This document shows positions 40,201 through 57,700 of a DNA stretch of 57,905 nucleotides, one piece after another. The stretch comes from Cercozoa sp. M6MM (taxonomy: Eukaryota; Protista; Endomyxa: Ascetosporea): the NCBI GenBank assembly GCA_040357565.1, contig JBDODJ010000071.1; one strand, written 5' to 3'. The first letter of the stretch is position 1. Each line of letters starts with the position of its first letter. The notes under the pieces were generated by a model. It searched no databases. It was given only the letters and a program-made list of their open reading frames with translations, and was not told the DNA's origin. Both the position numbers and the translations under genes were made by a program.

Positions 40201-40953
40201 GCCAAAGACTACTTGCATTGAACTGCTTTCGACAGCGGCTGCCAGCTCGCCTGAGCCTGCACACAAGAACAAGTTACTTTTGGTGACTGGTGTCCTGCTG
40301 CAGGACACACACATACACATGCACACATGCACACACGCATGGTACCATCAACTTCGATACTCCAGTCAGCACCATCGAACGACAGTTTCAGCACAAAGTT
40401 ATCGTCTGTTTCTTCTTCCTAGAGCAGCAAAAAAGGGTCAGAACTTCAGTTTGATGAGAAGTACAACCGATATACCTCATCCAGTTCAGCATCATCCCAG
40501 CCGTCGTTCGACCAAGAAGATGACGTCTTTTGGCGCTTCATCTTGGGTTGTTCCCATGTATCCGTGCAGTCTGGCGCTTCCAGGGAAAACTCCAGTGACT
40601 CAACGCTGAGCCACCAATGAATGAATCAGCAAAATCCGAAGCCAGTCGTATTTGGTATACCTTCCATCCACGCAATCACCAATCATCAACAAAGAGCACG
40701 TGTTCGCATCGGACTCAAGCCAACCCTGTGCGACCGAGCACAGCGATGTTCCCGCCATCGGAATGTGGCCAGCCCGAGTCGTCTCGATTCTCGATTCCCA
40801 AGCGTTCTGGGTAACTTCTGGGTCTCGTAGATCGGGGCCACAGGCACACGCCCAGCCGATACCGTAAATAGAAATATGGGACTGTCCAGTGTCCAGAAAA
40901 ATTCTGGAAGTTGACACAAGCAAAATTCTTTGGTTGCTCTTGGCATCAAACAA
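37205..40953 (-). CDS. Ariadne-type RBR (RING1-IBR-RING2) E3 ubiquitin ligase
   Basis: RING1 is SCQICFDDVPFEQSFALQCGHRQCISCYREHL..TKCPGYGKGCTTRVP. IBR is AKWCPSPECSG..CEQRFCFRCGETAHWPASC. RING2 is TKPCPHCGTRTHKNGGCMYMSCTNCSKSWCWQC. The Ariadne domain starts EARYLFYYERSYNHAQSLKF. A UBA-like ERWDTVALIEK and an acidic segment lie upstream. Both termini are approximate. Confidence 0.85.
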
Positions 40954-41326
40954 ATTCGCACTGCAGTGCCGAAGTTACTCAATTTAATCTACTTCCTCTC
41001 TAAGACGTGTATTTGCATCGATACTCCTTGTGTACACAGCCGTCGTCTCAAGTCGTTCCCCAGTGACGACACCACTGCCCGATACTAGCAGCTGTGACTT
41101 TCAAGTTGCCGTACCCGACGGTCATTAGAGGGCAACTGGAGTGTACGGAAGCCACGTCGAAACAGAAGTCTCAACTGACATATTTCAGTCTCTAAATTTA
41201 CGTGGCTCATATCCAAGTGCCGGCGCTGCAGTAGGAGTGCTTGTGGTCTCAAGGTGCTGTCGAAACAGCGACGACGGGTTCACGTTTGCAATCACTTTCT
41301 GTATGCAGCAGACGTCCATTTAGCTG

Positions 41327-43962
41327 CTAAATTGGTACTGAATATAAATTTTCTGGTACCTTTGCCTGAAGTAGGCGGATTTGCCGTTCTAGCTGGCGGC
41401 AAGCACGCCAAGCGCGGCGTTTCTCTTGGAAATGGCACTCTTTTTGCCTAAACACCCAGTGGCGTGACCAGCGCAGCTCAAAGGAAAAGGCACGCAAAAC
41501 GTTCGAGAAGAACGAGGTTACAGTGCAGTCAGCGATCGTCGCTTGAGGCGAGTGACACCGCGAGAGATACAAAACTGAACGATTTGCAGACGACACACGT
41601 TGTTTGTGAGCTGGCGTTGTGTGTGCTCATGCCAAGAATTAAACGCTCGTCGAAGCAGCTTTTGCCTTCTTTCTCTCGCTTTGTCTTGTGCTGCCAGTTG
41701 GCAGTACAACCACAGTCTACATTTACAGCACAGTTTAACACAGGTACCCGTACACAAATAGGTGTTGCAATCTTGCAAGTCAGTTTACTTTGAACGCAAA
41801 ATCTGCGACTGCGACACTGACGACGACTGCAGCAGTTCGCAGCGTGTCTTTGCAATGGCTTCCGTCACAGTCGTGCTACTGAGGAGCGTCGAGTGGTCAC
41901 CAAGTTGTTGACAAAGGTGCTGGAAGCATGGCAACATAATTTCGACACTTCACCGTACGAACGATGGCAGTCAGGTGCTTGTACCAAATGCTTTTCTTCG
42001 AGCTGCTCTTGCAATCTTCTCTGCACTTGCGTCTGTTTTTGCAAAGCACTGCGCTGACGATCGAGAGAGACGTTGAATATGCTTTGCTGTTGCCGAATAA
42101 TCCGCGCAAGCCCATCTGCGACTGCTCTGTTCTGCTTCGTAAATTTATGCGCAACGCTGTCGTTCACGGGAATCGACGTGCCCCAGTCTGCCCCTGCTGC
42201 AGAGTTGGTGCCGGCGGTTGTTTCGCCCTTTGAATTCACATTGTATTTAGTAAGAATATTGTATCACGAATAATGTACAACAAAGGAACCTACAACAATG
42301 TGTTCGAGCTGCTTGGCAATAAAGTTAACGTTTCCTTCGATCTGTTGCTGGATACACTTCAGCAGTCGGACAGTTTGACTGTGTGTGGCGTTGCGTTGCC
42401 ACTTTTTCTATCCGAATAGACAAGTGTCAACCTGGAGTTTCGTAAATTGTAGGGTTGGGCAGCCATCTTCTACCAAGCTTCGACGCAACCTGAATTCTGC
42501 GACGGCTTTGACTCGCGTGCGCTGCTTCAGCTTTCGCTTGAGTAGCTGCTTTTTGTGGCAGACGACGCAACGATACCAGTGTCGAAACGGTCCCCGCAAT
42601 CTCTGCAGAAGAGTGAAAACATGTCAAGATTAAGATACGCGGAAGTAAAATTACGTATAGGCGTGCACGTTGGCGTAGTTGCGCATGCGACAACCAAAGC
42701 GCAAATACTGTTTGGAGCCGTCGTAGTCTGTGCTGTCGAGACATCACGTTTGCGACCACTGCAAGCGCTTTCCTTCGTCTGGAATCGAACAGAATTCAAT
42801 CACAGCTCCACTCACCGAGTAGTTGCAGGGTACAATACCGGTAATCACGAAGCCACAAAAAAAAGCACGTCCTCGTAAAATCGTAGTCACAGTTGCAACC
42901 AATCCTGAAGTTGGTGTTGAAGGCACGCAATCGCCACGGTGCTCGCAGCAAGAAGCGCAACTGTCTCTCCACTTTCGCTCGAAGCTGTGCGTCCAAAGTT
43001 AAAGAGTTCTTGTAGACAGTGTCTAATCACAAATCGCCTGATTTTAGATTAAATTACCGCGGCTCTTCGCTCGAAGAGAAGACGGAACATGCGGAGAGCA
43101 AAACTCGGTGTCATGCGACGCCGGCGTCGCGGAGACACTGGCCGAACCGTGTCCACGTTCGGAGTTGTTTCTTCTGTCGCCTCCAGCGAACCCGCACAGA
43201 AAGCGAGTGTATCTTGATACTCGAACAGCTGCAACTCGTGCCATACACAAAAACTCAGAAAATAAAATTCGACAACAGCAGTTTTACCTGTCGTTCGATT
43301 GACGCGAGTCGTCGGTTCGCCGATTGCGTCTCTTCTCTTGCACTTCGCAGTAAATCTGGAATTGAAACAGAAGGTTCGGTTCGTAAATTAAATTTACAGT
43401 ACGCATGGAGCACGAGACAGTACCGTTCGATTCCTCGCAAGCCTCTGTCAGGTGCGACAACTGGAGTTCCAACATGTTGCTCTTCATGCCGGAATACTGA
43501 ATGAAAGACACTCTTAGGTTAGTACCCAGTCCGCGCGAGTACCGCAGATTGTGGCTCTACTGTACAGTACCTCATGTGGAAGCGGAACGAACGAGTCAGA
43601 CTTCGCTTCTTCAGCCGTCCATGGCCAGTGACAGTGCTGCGGAAGCCGCGAGGGAACAGCATTCACACTGCAGTAGCTGTCTAAATTTGAAGAAGACGCG
43701 ATCGTGCCGCAGCCTGAATATGTTGTTGGGTGCATCGACTGCGATGAACCAAAGGACCCACCTGAAACATTTCTCAGTCATCCTTACATTTCACACCTGG
43801 TGCTAAAAAGTTGATGTTATACTTACCCTCGCCGATCTGCACCGAGGCAGCTTTGACGATACCGTCCGCTATTTCACGAAGTTCACTCGGAAGTGGCACA
43901 AGGAATTTTGGCCCTTTCTCTGCCGCGCCGATATCTGCGTCTTCAGGTTTTGACAACGACAT
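41327..43962 (-). CDS. Basic coiled-coil protein with Sfi1-type (centrin-binding-like) repeats
   Basis: The first exon is MSLSKPEDADIGAAEKGPKFLVPLPSELREIADGIVKAASVQIGE followed by a GTAAGT donor. A coiled-coil QRRLQEQLEEKHL is present, with recurring L-x3-F-x2-W units (QKLLRRAFNSWH, RRLQTVFALWL, LRGPFRHWY). The exon structure is only partly resolved. Confidence 0.45.
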
Positions 43963-44327
43963 TCGTTCGAGTTGCCGCTTTGCTGGGTCTTACGTGTGGC
44001 GTGCGAGTAAATCTCTGGTCAAGGTCACCAATGCATTTCTAGGCAGTGTCTTGGGTCTGGTTTTGCACTTTCACAGATGCCTGTAGTTGGCCTTGCTGGG
44101 AAAATATCAAATTCATACGCCGGAATGTGTCTAAAAGAATGCAGCAGTACTTTTGGTTCCAGACATATCATTTTCGCAGACTTCGCTAGGCCCAGACGTG
44201 TGCTTGTTGTAAAGTAAGGTCAGATACAGTGTCGCAAGCGCTGATCTGGCCTTAAGCAGAGAGTTGGTAAAATCTCTTGTTGGCTGTGCATACGATTCAC
44301 CATGATGTGTTGGTTTGCTGCAGTAAC

Positions 44328-49897
<5,570 letters not shown>

Positions 49898-50342
49898 TTA
49901 GTTATTTTAGTCCTGGGGTGGCTCATACCTACAGTTCGTACAGCGATATAATAAACTTACACTAACAAGCTTAAAAGTGATCACAAACAAGGCGCATTGT
50001 ATGGCATTGCACAGAAACTGACCTAGCCTGTACGATGCGTTATGGTAAGTGGGCAAGCGCCAAAGACGACTACGTTCACTGATATTGGGTCGAAAAAACG
50101 CCGCGGATCACTGCCATCGATCGCGCCTCTTGCTCGACACTGGAGTCGTTATTGGTGTTTTAAAACGGAACCATCAAGTCCAGGAAGACCCCAGACAGCG
50201 TAGAAAGCCGACCTTCCTCACCCGTTTGCACCGCCATTTCTCCGACCTGCCGAAGATACAAAAAAAGTACCAATCACCCAATGCTGGTCTACCTGTCTCT
50301 TTTGCTGAGCTTTATTTTTCTTTCGTAGTGTCAACACAGAAC

Positions 50343-51773
50343 ATGACCCACACACAAGATGGGAATGGTGCAAATATCTCGAGCTAGGCTATCGAGAGGT
50401 TCTTTTTCCCAAAGATTGAGTTTAAATTTAGGCACCAAAAACCACGTCGGACTCTTTGAAGTGTCGGATACGAGCGCTCTTGTCCTTGCGGTTGTAAGTG
50501 CTGTCGATATCTATCCTCCCAACCAAATACTCGCATGGTGCTGCAAGTAGTGTGAGCCGGAGAAGGCCTACCCAACGGCCGCGGCGGCGGCGTACCTTGG
50601 CTGTCTGGACCTCAGCGCAGGAGCAGCTTTAGTAGCTGGAATGACCCGACTCATGGGCTTGAAGTCAGTGCAAGTGCTGTACGATTTCGTCATCCTGCGC
50701 AAGTACCGTATCCGGTCGCTCCTTGTCGACGCGATGGAGACCAACATGACGCAACTGGTGTCGCTCGGCGCTGGCCTCGCACCTGCTGAGATCAACTTCG
50801 TTGCACGAAACCCGACTCTGGTGCATCTCCTTGTTACATTCTATTTCTATACCCATGCAATCATAAGTTGCTGTCGATACAAAGAACTGCACGGCAATCG
50901 CCGTCGACTACAGCAAAAACTTACTCGCATCGAAGCGCCAGATCATTGAATCGGCTTGTCCGGATGTGTTGCCCAAGCTCGACTTTGTGCAGGTCGATTT
51001 CGCTCTATCGGAACCCACTGTACTATAAATTTACTGAATACGATGGTATTTCTTGAACAGGCGGATGCCCGTGCGCCCAAGGAACTCTTGCAGAAGGTGC
51101 GTCAGAGCCCACTGTGGCAGGAGGGGAAGCGCGCCGTGTGGTATCCTCCTTGTTTTGTCGAGTGCCTGAGTGAGTCTAAACTGAGAGGTTGATTCAGGCT
51201 TCTCGAAGGCCTGGTGTACTATCTTTCCGAGGGAGAGACCGTGTCGCTGTTCGAGACTATTCTTCAACGAGGCGATCAAATCATCTTGGACTTTGTACGT
51301 ATCTCTTGCATTCTACACCAACAAGCGTCTTGCATCTCTTGCGTTCTACACTCGCAGTCGCGCCCGGAGGATGCAGTCGCAGAGAGTGATCGTGAAGTCG
51401 CGCGCGTCGCCTGCGCAGCGGTATCGTTTGTTTAATTGAAACGACGCACCGTTTAATACCCCCCCCCCCCCCCCGCACCGGGCAGCTCGCACGCAGCATC
51501 GGGCGCGAGGACATTCTGCGCATGAACTTGCCCAAGGTGGCCGCACTCAGCGGCGCTCACATTCGTACCAACGAGACCGTGCATGACATTGAACAGCTTC
51601 GCATCCTCAATGGGTACCGTAGCTAGTAAATTTGTCAACCAATACAATCAGTTTGGCTTTTTCCTTGGTGCAACAGAGATGCGACTGGAGAGGCGATCTA
51701 CACCGAACCACTGAGCGGTTCACTCAGTGTCGCGGTTCTGGACTTGCCGACCCTTTGTTCTACCCAAGATTGA
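50343..51773 (+). CDS. Class I SAM-dependent methyltransferase, LCM (leucine carboxyl methyltransferase-like) family
   Basis: Motifs EVSDTSALVLAV, FVILRKYRIRSLL, QLVSLGAGLAP (SAM motif I), AIAVDYSKNLLASKRQII, DFVQADAR, VWLLEGLVYYLSE and QIILDF are joined in frame by GT-AG introns. The stop is TGA at 51771-51773. Confidence 0.8.
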
Positions 51774-52641
51774 GCAACGTCGATAGCAACCCAGACGACC
51801 GATTCTTCCAAGTCCAGAACCTGCCCTTCCCGCCACCCATCCACAAGGAACTTCCAACTGCAAGCAGCACAAGCCGCACGCTCCCGTCTCAGCACGCCAC
51901 AGGTTAAACGAACTCATGGGTTATTGTTGCCTGCTGGGTATGTCCAACTCCAGTCACACTAGTCCAGGTGCCCACTCAAGCTTCCAGAGTCCCAGCAATC
52001 GAATTATGAAATGTCCGTCAAATACCCTGAACTGAATGTAAAATTTACCGCAGTACTGTACGGAATACTAGACTAAACTAACTCTGACCTTAAAGCGAGT
52101 ACTATTTTACGGATGAGTGAACTATTTTGTTACGTCAACATCAAACAACCTACTCGGCTGACTACTCGCTCCGCGTGGAAGCAACTATCAGTCATGCCAA
52201 ATAAGAATTGAAGTGTTTTGCTAAGGTTGAGAGCTGGTAACCTAACAATTGAGTGCTGCCTAGCTTGGCATACCCTGTGTTTGGTAGAGTGGCGAGCAGC
52301 TTGAAACTGCTGCAAGAATTGAATAAAGGCCCTCTTTCCAATACCGGGTACCTCAAGGGATACTGTGCTTGTTGACACCAAAGCAACTGACTTGCTCTAG
52401 CTTGAGCAGGCAAGAGGTTTTTCTTTTGTTCATCATCGAACAAGCCCCTCAACACTCTCAACTGTAACGACGGCCCTACCTTGGGATAACCTTCTCTCTT
52501 CTGATATCTTTCGGTTTATTGAGACGTCGAACGAACACTAAATTAAACGACCTTACATTCTTACTTTTCTTTAGTCGTTGTCTTCACTAAAATTGACAAT
52601 CTCACAATCAACAATTTAAAAGCCGCATCACAACCGCTAAC

Positions 52642-53204
52642 TCATCCACCGTTCAGACAACCGCTCATACATGCGATAAACGGCACAACAAAGGCAAAGG
52701 CCGGAATAGCGCCAAATATCAACATTGAGATGCCCAAGAGAGCTAGCCCGCTGGCAGCTACGAGAACAGTGAAATAACAGTCAGCGCGGGGGGGGGGGGT
52801 GGTAAAGGATCTCATAAGACGCAACAAAAATAAAGTTACCCACGATCACGGCCAAGCCGCCACCCATGAGAGCAAAGCCCAAGATCGACGCAACCACAAG
52901 AGCGAACGTCTTGCCTGGTCGTGCGCTGCCGCAGCCGACCGTGTTGACGCCGCACGGACCATGCCAATCCGAATGACTGCCTTCGTAGTAGTACGCGCCT
53001 CGGTTGCTGCGGTCCAGCGCGGCGAGGTCGGCGACAGGAGCACTCCAGCTCACGACCCCTGCGGTCTGTAAAACGAACATTTGGTGCAGTAAATTTATAG
53101 TAAATTTACCTGTAAATTACCCAAACAGGACTGGAATCGGTATTTACCACGCCGCCGCCGGTGTACGCTGGCGATGGGGGAGGTGCTCGCGAAAGATGTT
53201 GCAT
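52642..53204 (-). CDS. Small membrane protein of unknown function, tandem paralog 1 (3 exons)
   Basis: MQHLSRAPPPSPAYTGGGV|TAGVVSWSAPVADLAALDRSNRGAYYYEG..KTFALVVASILGFALMGGGLAVIV|AASGLALLGISMLIFGAIPAFAFVVPFIACMSGCLNGG*. Both intron positions and phases are shared with paralog 2. Confidence 0.75.
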
Positions 53205-53646
53205 CCAAATACAGTACGCATGAACCGAAAATACAACTAAACGTGAACCGAAAAGCCGTTGTTGACCACTTCGATTGGTTTATGCGGCACTGACAGGCCA
53301 GGCATGTCTGAACCGAACGAAAATCCGAACGACAAAAATCCGCCTGGGGACTGCTACCAAACTTTTTAACCAATGAAACCTTGCTTCCCTTCCCTGCTCT
53401 CCCCTCCCCTTCCCTTCCCTCCCTTTCCCTTCCCTTCCCTTCCGTCCCTTCCATTCCTTCTGCCTTCCCTCCTAAAGCTTCCAGACTCTCCAGCAAGTGC
53501 CCTGAACTGAATTGTTTATTTCCGCAGTACTGCTTGGCAGACTGAACTCACTAACTGAACTACAGGGTAAGTAAATTTCGTTGCAGGAACTAAAAATCAC
53601 CGAACAAATCGAGCGCGACCGTTTTCCAGTGACTTCCGTGGGTGCA

Positions 53647-54167
53647 TCAACTGAAGCCCGGGCAGCCACCGCTCAAACATGCGATGAAAGGCAGAACAAA
53701 GCCCGGAATGGCCCCAGTTATCGCCATCACGATGCCCAAGGCGGTGAGTCCAGCTACGAGTACAGCGAATTTATTTACAGTCAGCACCTGCAAGGTGTAA
53801 TAAATTTACTTGTACCCGCGATAACGGCAATGCCACCGCCCATGAGAGCAAAGCCAAGGATTGATGCAATCACGAGAGCGAGCTCCTTGCTCACTCGTGC
53901 ACTGCCGCAGCCAACCGTGCTGCCGCCGTAGGAGCCCCGCCAATCGGAACAACTGCCTTCGTAGTAGTACGCACCTCGGCCGATGCTGCGATCCAGCGCA
54001 GCGAGGTCGGCGACAGGACGGCTCCAGTTCACTACCCCTGCGGTCTGTAGAACGACATTTTGATGCAGTGTTGTACTGACAGCACCGGAATCAATTGATT
54101 TCTTTACAGGGCCGCCGCCGTACGCTGCTGCTGGCGAAGGGGGAGGTGATCGCGAAAGATACTGCAT
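53647..54167 (-). CDS. Small membrane protein of unknown function, tandem paralog 2 (3 exons)
   Basis: MQYLSRSPPPSPAAAYGGGP|TAGVVNWSRPVADLAALDRSIGRGAYYYEG..KELALVIASILGFALMGGGIAVIA|AGLTALGIVMAITGAIPGFVLPFIACLSGGCPGFS*. Divergence from paralog 1 preserves the reading frame. Confidence 0.75.
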
Positions 54168-54790
54168 CAGCGGCCAAAACTACCACTACGCTTGAACCGA
54201 AAAGCCGTTGACCGACTTGGCTCGGTTTATGCGGCAGGCCAGGAGGCATGTCGAGACAAAAAGTCCGGGCCAACGAAGCCGCAGAAAAAGGCAAAATGTG
54301 CGAGACAGTTCCAACGGGACTGCTACCAGATTTTCCAAGGCAGCACCGGGAGATATTAGTCTCGCCTCATGGTCTCGCCTGCGTCGTAGCCACAACTGCC
54401 ACCAGTCAGTGCAGCGATGGGGGTAAGCAGGTTTCCTATTCATCTCGATACCGGAGTATCGAATGAAGCATGATGTGATCTGATATCGGCCACGCAGCCG
54501 TGATTTTTTTGCCTCCTGAAATCGTCGAATTACACAAGTCATGGGCTGACAACATTTGAATAGAATACAGAAGGCGGCAGGCTCACAGAGTTCATTGGCT
54601 TCTCTTGGAACAAACGAGCTTGGGCGCGGCGACCCTGGAAACGCAGATCATGGCTGGTATTAGATCACATCATGGCGGGCCAGGGTTAGCCAGGACGTTG
54701 ATGCGATGATAGGATTGATTGATTTGGGTTCAGTTGTTGTTCTACCCACGCTAGCAGCTAGAGTATAGACTTGGAAACACGACACGCCAG

Positions 54791-57700
54791 CTATTGAATG
54801 ACATCGAGCACGTCGCAGCAGTAGTCGACAAAGTAGCTTTGTTCCAGCAAGCGATCGCAGCGTCGCAAGTGCCTGTCGTTGTAGGCCTCGAACGCCTCCA
54901 GCAGGTCTTCGACGTCGGCGACGCGTCGCAGCGTCGTCAGCGGCACGCGCTGCAACACCACGCGCATCACGATCTGCGCCGCTGTGGATACAGACACACA
55001 TGCATGATCTAGTCGGGTGCATAGTCATATGCATGTATAGTATATACACAGAGTTAGATATACACATAGATATAATCTACTATATATATATATAGTACGC
55101 AGGTAGGTGCGTGCCGACGTGTTCCACTCGCGTGCAAAGTGCAGCAAACGCGACAGCTGCGGCAGTGTCAGTGTCGTTAGCGCCTCGGCCACTGCCGTGT
55201 CTCGAGCTTCCTGGGGGAGGGGGTAGTGTAGGGGAGGTACGGTAGGTGGGGGGGCAGTCTACCACACAGCCGGCCGTGTGCGCAATGAGAGCACGCAGCA
55301 CAGCCAGCAAATCGCGCGGTCGCTCCAGGTCCAGTGCCAGACGCATCGCGGCTGACCACTGGGGTGCAGAGGGGGGGGGGGGGTAAAGGTAAAGCAAGGG
55401 GGCAAAGGTCCTACCTTCTTGCCACGCAGTGCGTTCTGCAGTCTCTGCGCATCCTCGACCTGCGCCTGCTGCGCCTGCGTCTCCTCCAGCAGTCGTGCCT
55501 GCGTCGCGTCCTTCCAGGCGCACAGTCGACCGGCGGCGCCGCCTGTCAGCACGCGCACCTCGCCCTGCCACACCAGGCGTAGGGGTAAACAGGGGGGGGG
55601 GCAGGGGTAGGGGGTAAGACACCTCCTCTCGCATCGCGAGCGCCCAGATACGCTCGTCGTGAGCACCGCCAAAGGTGGCGTCGCACTCCTACGGTGGAAA
55701 GGTAGAGGGAGGAGGTAGGGGGGGGGGGGTAAAGGGCGCGAGGAACGCACCTCAGTCCGCAGCGTCCACAGCTTGAGCAGCGAGTCGGCACCGGCCGTCA
55801 ACAGCTGCGTTCCTTGCGACAGAAAAACACAGCGCAGCACTGCGCCTGTGTGGCCTTGCAGCACCTGCGGGGAGAGGGGGTAAAGAGAGGAGGGTAAGAG
55901 GGGGGTAACGACGCTCACACCTTGCGGCACGTGCCGTCGCTGAGCGACCAAATTCGCACAGTTTTGTCACCGGCTACAAGTGTAGCCACACACACATACA
56001 TACATACATACATACATACGCACAGACATACACACAGACATACACACATATATATACACACAGACATCTATACAACATGCACATACAGAGGTACCTGCAG
56101 AGGCAAGGATGCGGTCCCTCGGCGAGAAGGTCAGGTCCCAGATTCCTCTGTCCAAGGGGGGGGGGGGGGGAAAGAGGGGGTAGGCACAGACACAGACACA
56201 GACACAGACACAAACACACAGACACACACAGACACACACAGACACACACACACACACACACAAACATACACACACAGACACAGACACAGACACACACACA
56301 CACAGACGCACCTCTTGTGGCCGCTCATGTCCCGCAGCAGCGCGAGCGAGCGATCGCGCGGCGACACGTGCCACAGTTTGACGCGCTTGTCGCCGCCGCC
56401 CGTGGCCACCACGCCGTCGTCCTGTACGGGGGGGGGGGCAAGGGAGTAAGGGGGTAAGAGAGGTAAGGGGGTAAGAGGGTAAGAGGGAGGTAGGGAGGTA
56501 AAGGGAGACGACGCACAGGTGACACAGCGAGACAGTTGACGTCCTTGTCATGTGCCACGACGGTACTCTTTGTGGCCAGACTGATCGGAGTGTGATCCCT
56601 GTCACCGTCACTTTCACCGTCACTGATACGATCGATCAAACCGTCAATGTCCCAGAGTTTCACGGTGCGATCGGCGGCGCCACTCACCAAGAAGGCACCC
56701 TCCTTCCTGCCAGGGGGTAAAGGGGGTCAGGGGCAAGGGGTAAAGGGGGGGGGGGGTAAATGTACCGATGCGAGAAGGCGAGCGCATTGACGGCGGCGAC
56801 GTGACCACGTGCCACGGCGACACACCGTGCCCGCACCGTGCCCTCACCGTCACCGTCACCCTCAGTGGTGACACGTGTCACGTGCCACACACGCACCGTG
56901 TTGTCCTTGCCGGCTGTGGCCACCAAGTCGCCTGCGGGGGGGGGGGGGGAAAAGGGAAAAGGGCCGGGGTGGGGGGGGGGGGTAAACCGAAGGCAGCGGC
57001 GGCCACGCACATGACGGTGTGTTCGTGACCCTCCAACAGAACCGTCTCGCCCGTGCCCGTGTGCACCACACGTGCCTACTCAAGGGAAGGGGGTGAGGGA
57101 ATAAGAGGGGGGTAGGGGGTANNNNNNNNNNNNNNNNNNNNNNNNNNNNNNNNNNNNNNNNNNNNNNNNNNNNNNNNNNNNNNNNNNNNNNNNNNNNNNN
57201 NNNNNNNNNNNNNNNNNNNNNAAGGGGGTAAAAGGGTGAAGGGTGGTAAAATACAGGAATTTACCGCATCCACGCAACATCGTAGATTTCGTCTGTCTCG
57301 GCGGGAATCTGGGGGAGGGGGGTAAAGAGGGGGGTAAGGGGTAAAGAGGGGTAAAGAGGGGGCAAAGAGGGAGGCAAAACCATCTTGTCGCAGTGCAAGT
57401 GCGGCCACCGCAGCACTCGCAAATGCTGCTGCTCGTTGATGCACACGGCACTGCACAGCGCTCTCGACCTGCGACAGGGGGGGGGGGAGGGGGGGGGGGG
57501 GGGGGGGGGGTAAGGGGTAAGATGTACCACAAAAGGTGCGTGATCGTGCCGCCTCTGATTTCGTGTTCCGTGTGTGGCTGCAAGGAGAGTAAAGGGAGGT
57601 AAGGGGGTGGGGGGAGGGGTAACGTGGGGCCAACCTTGATGTGCTTGGAGGGCGTGTCGCCCAGCAGGTCGGCCAGCGCGTACTTGCGCAGAGTGCCCAT

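Larger units (their letters stand above)
51978..54335. repeat. Diverged tandem duplication (~51978-53370 and ~53475-54335) separated by a (CCCTT)n tract
   Basis: Shared blocks: AAGCTTCCAGA..CCAGCAA / CCCTGAACTGAA..CCGCAGTACTG (51978-52060 vs 53475-53532), the paralogous CDSs, and GAACCGAAAAGCCGTTG..GGTTTATGCGGCA..GGCATGTC..GGGACTGCTACCA (53245-53360 vs 54194-54328). Confidence 0.85.

Noticed and set aside
41200-41319. Alternative first exon (ATG at 41319) for the RBR gene
   Set aside because: It lies under 10 bp from the apparent stop of the upstream same-strand gene, and I could not confirm in-frame linkage.
54625-54695. Structured ncRNA (GACCCTGG...CCAGGGTT inverted repeat)
   Set aside because: The stem is short, there are no recognisable RNA-family motifs, and it probably lies in the UTP13 3'UTR or intergenic DNA.
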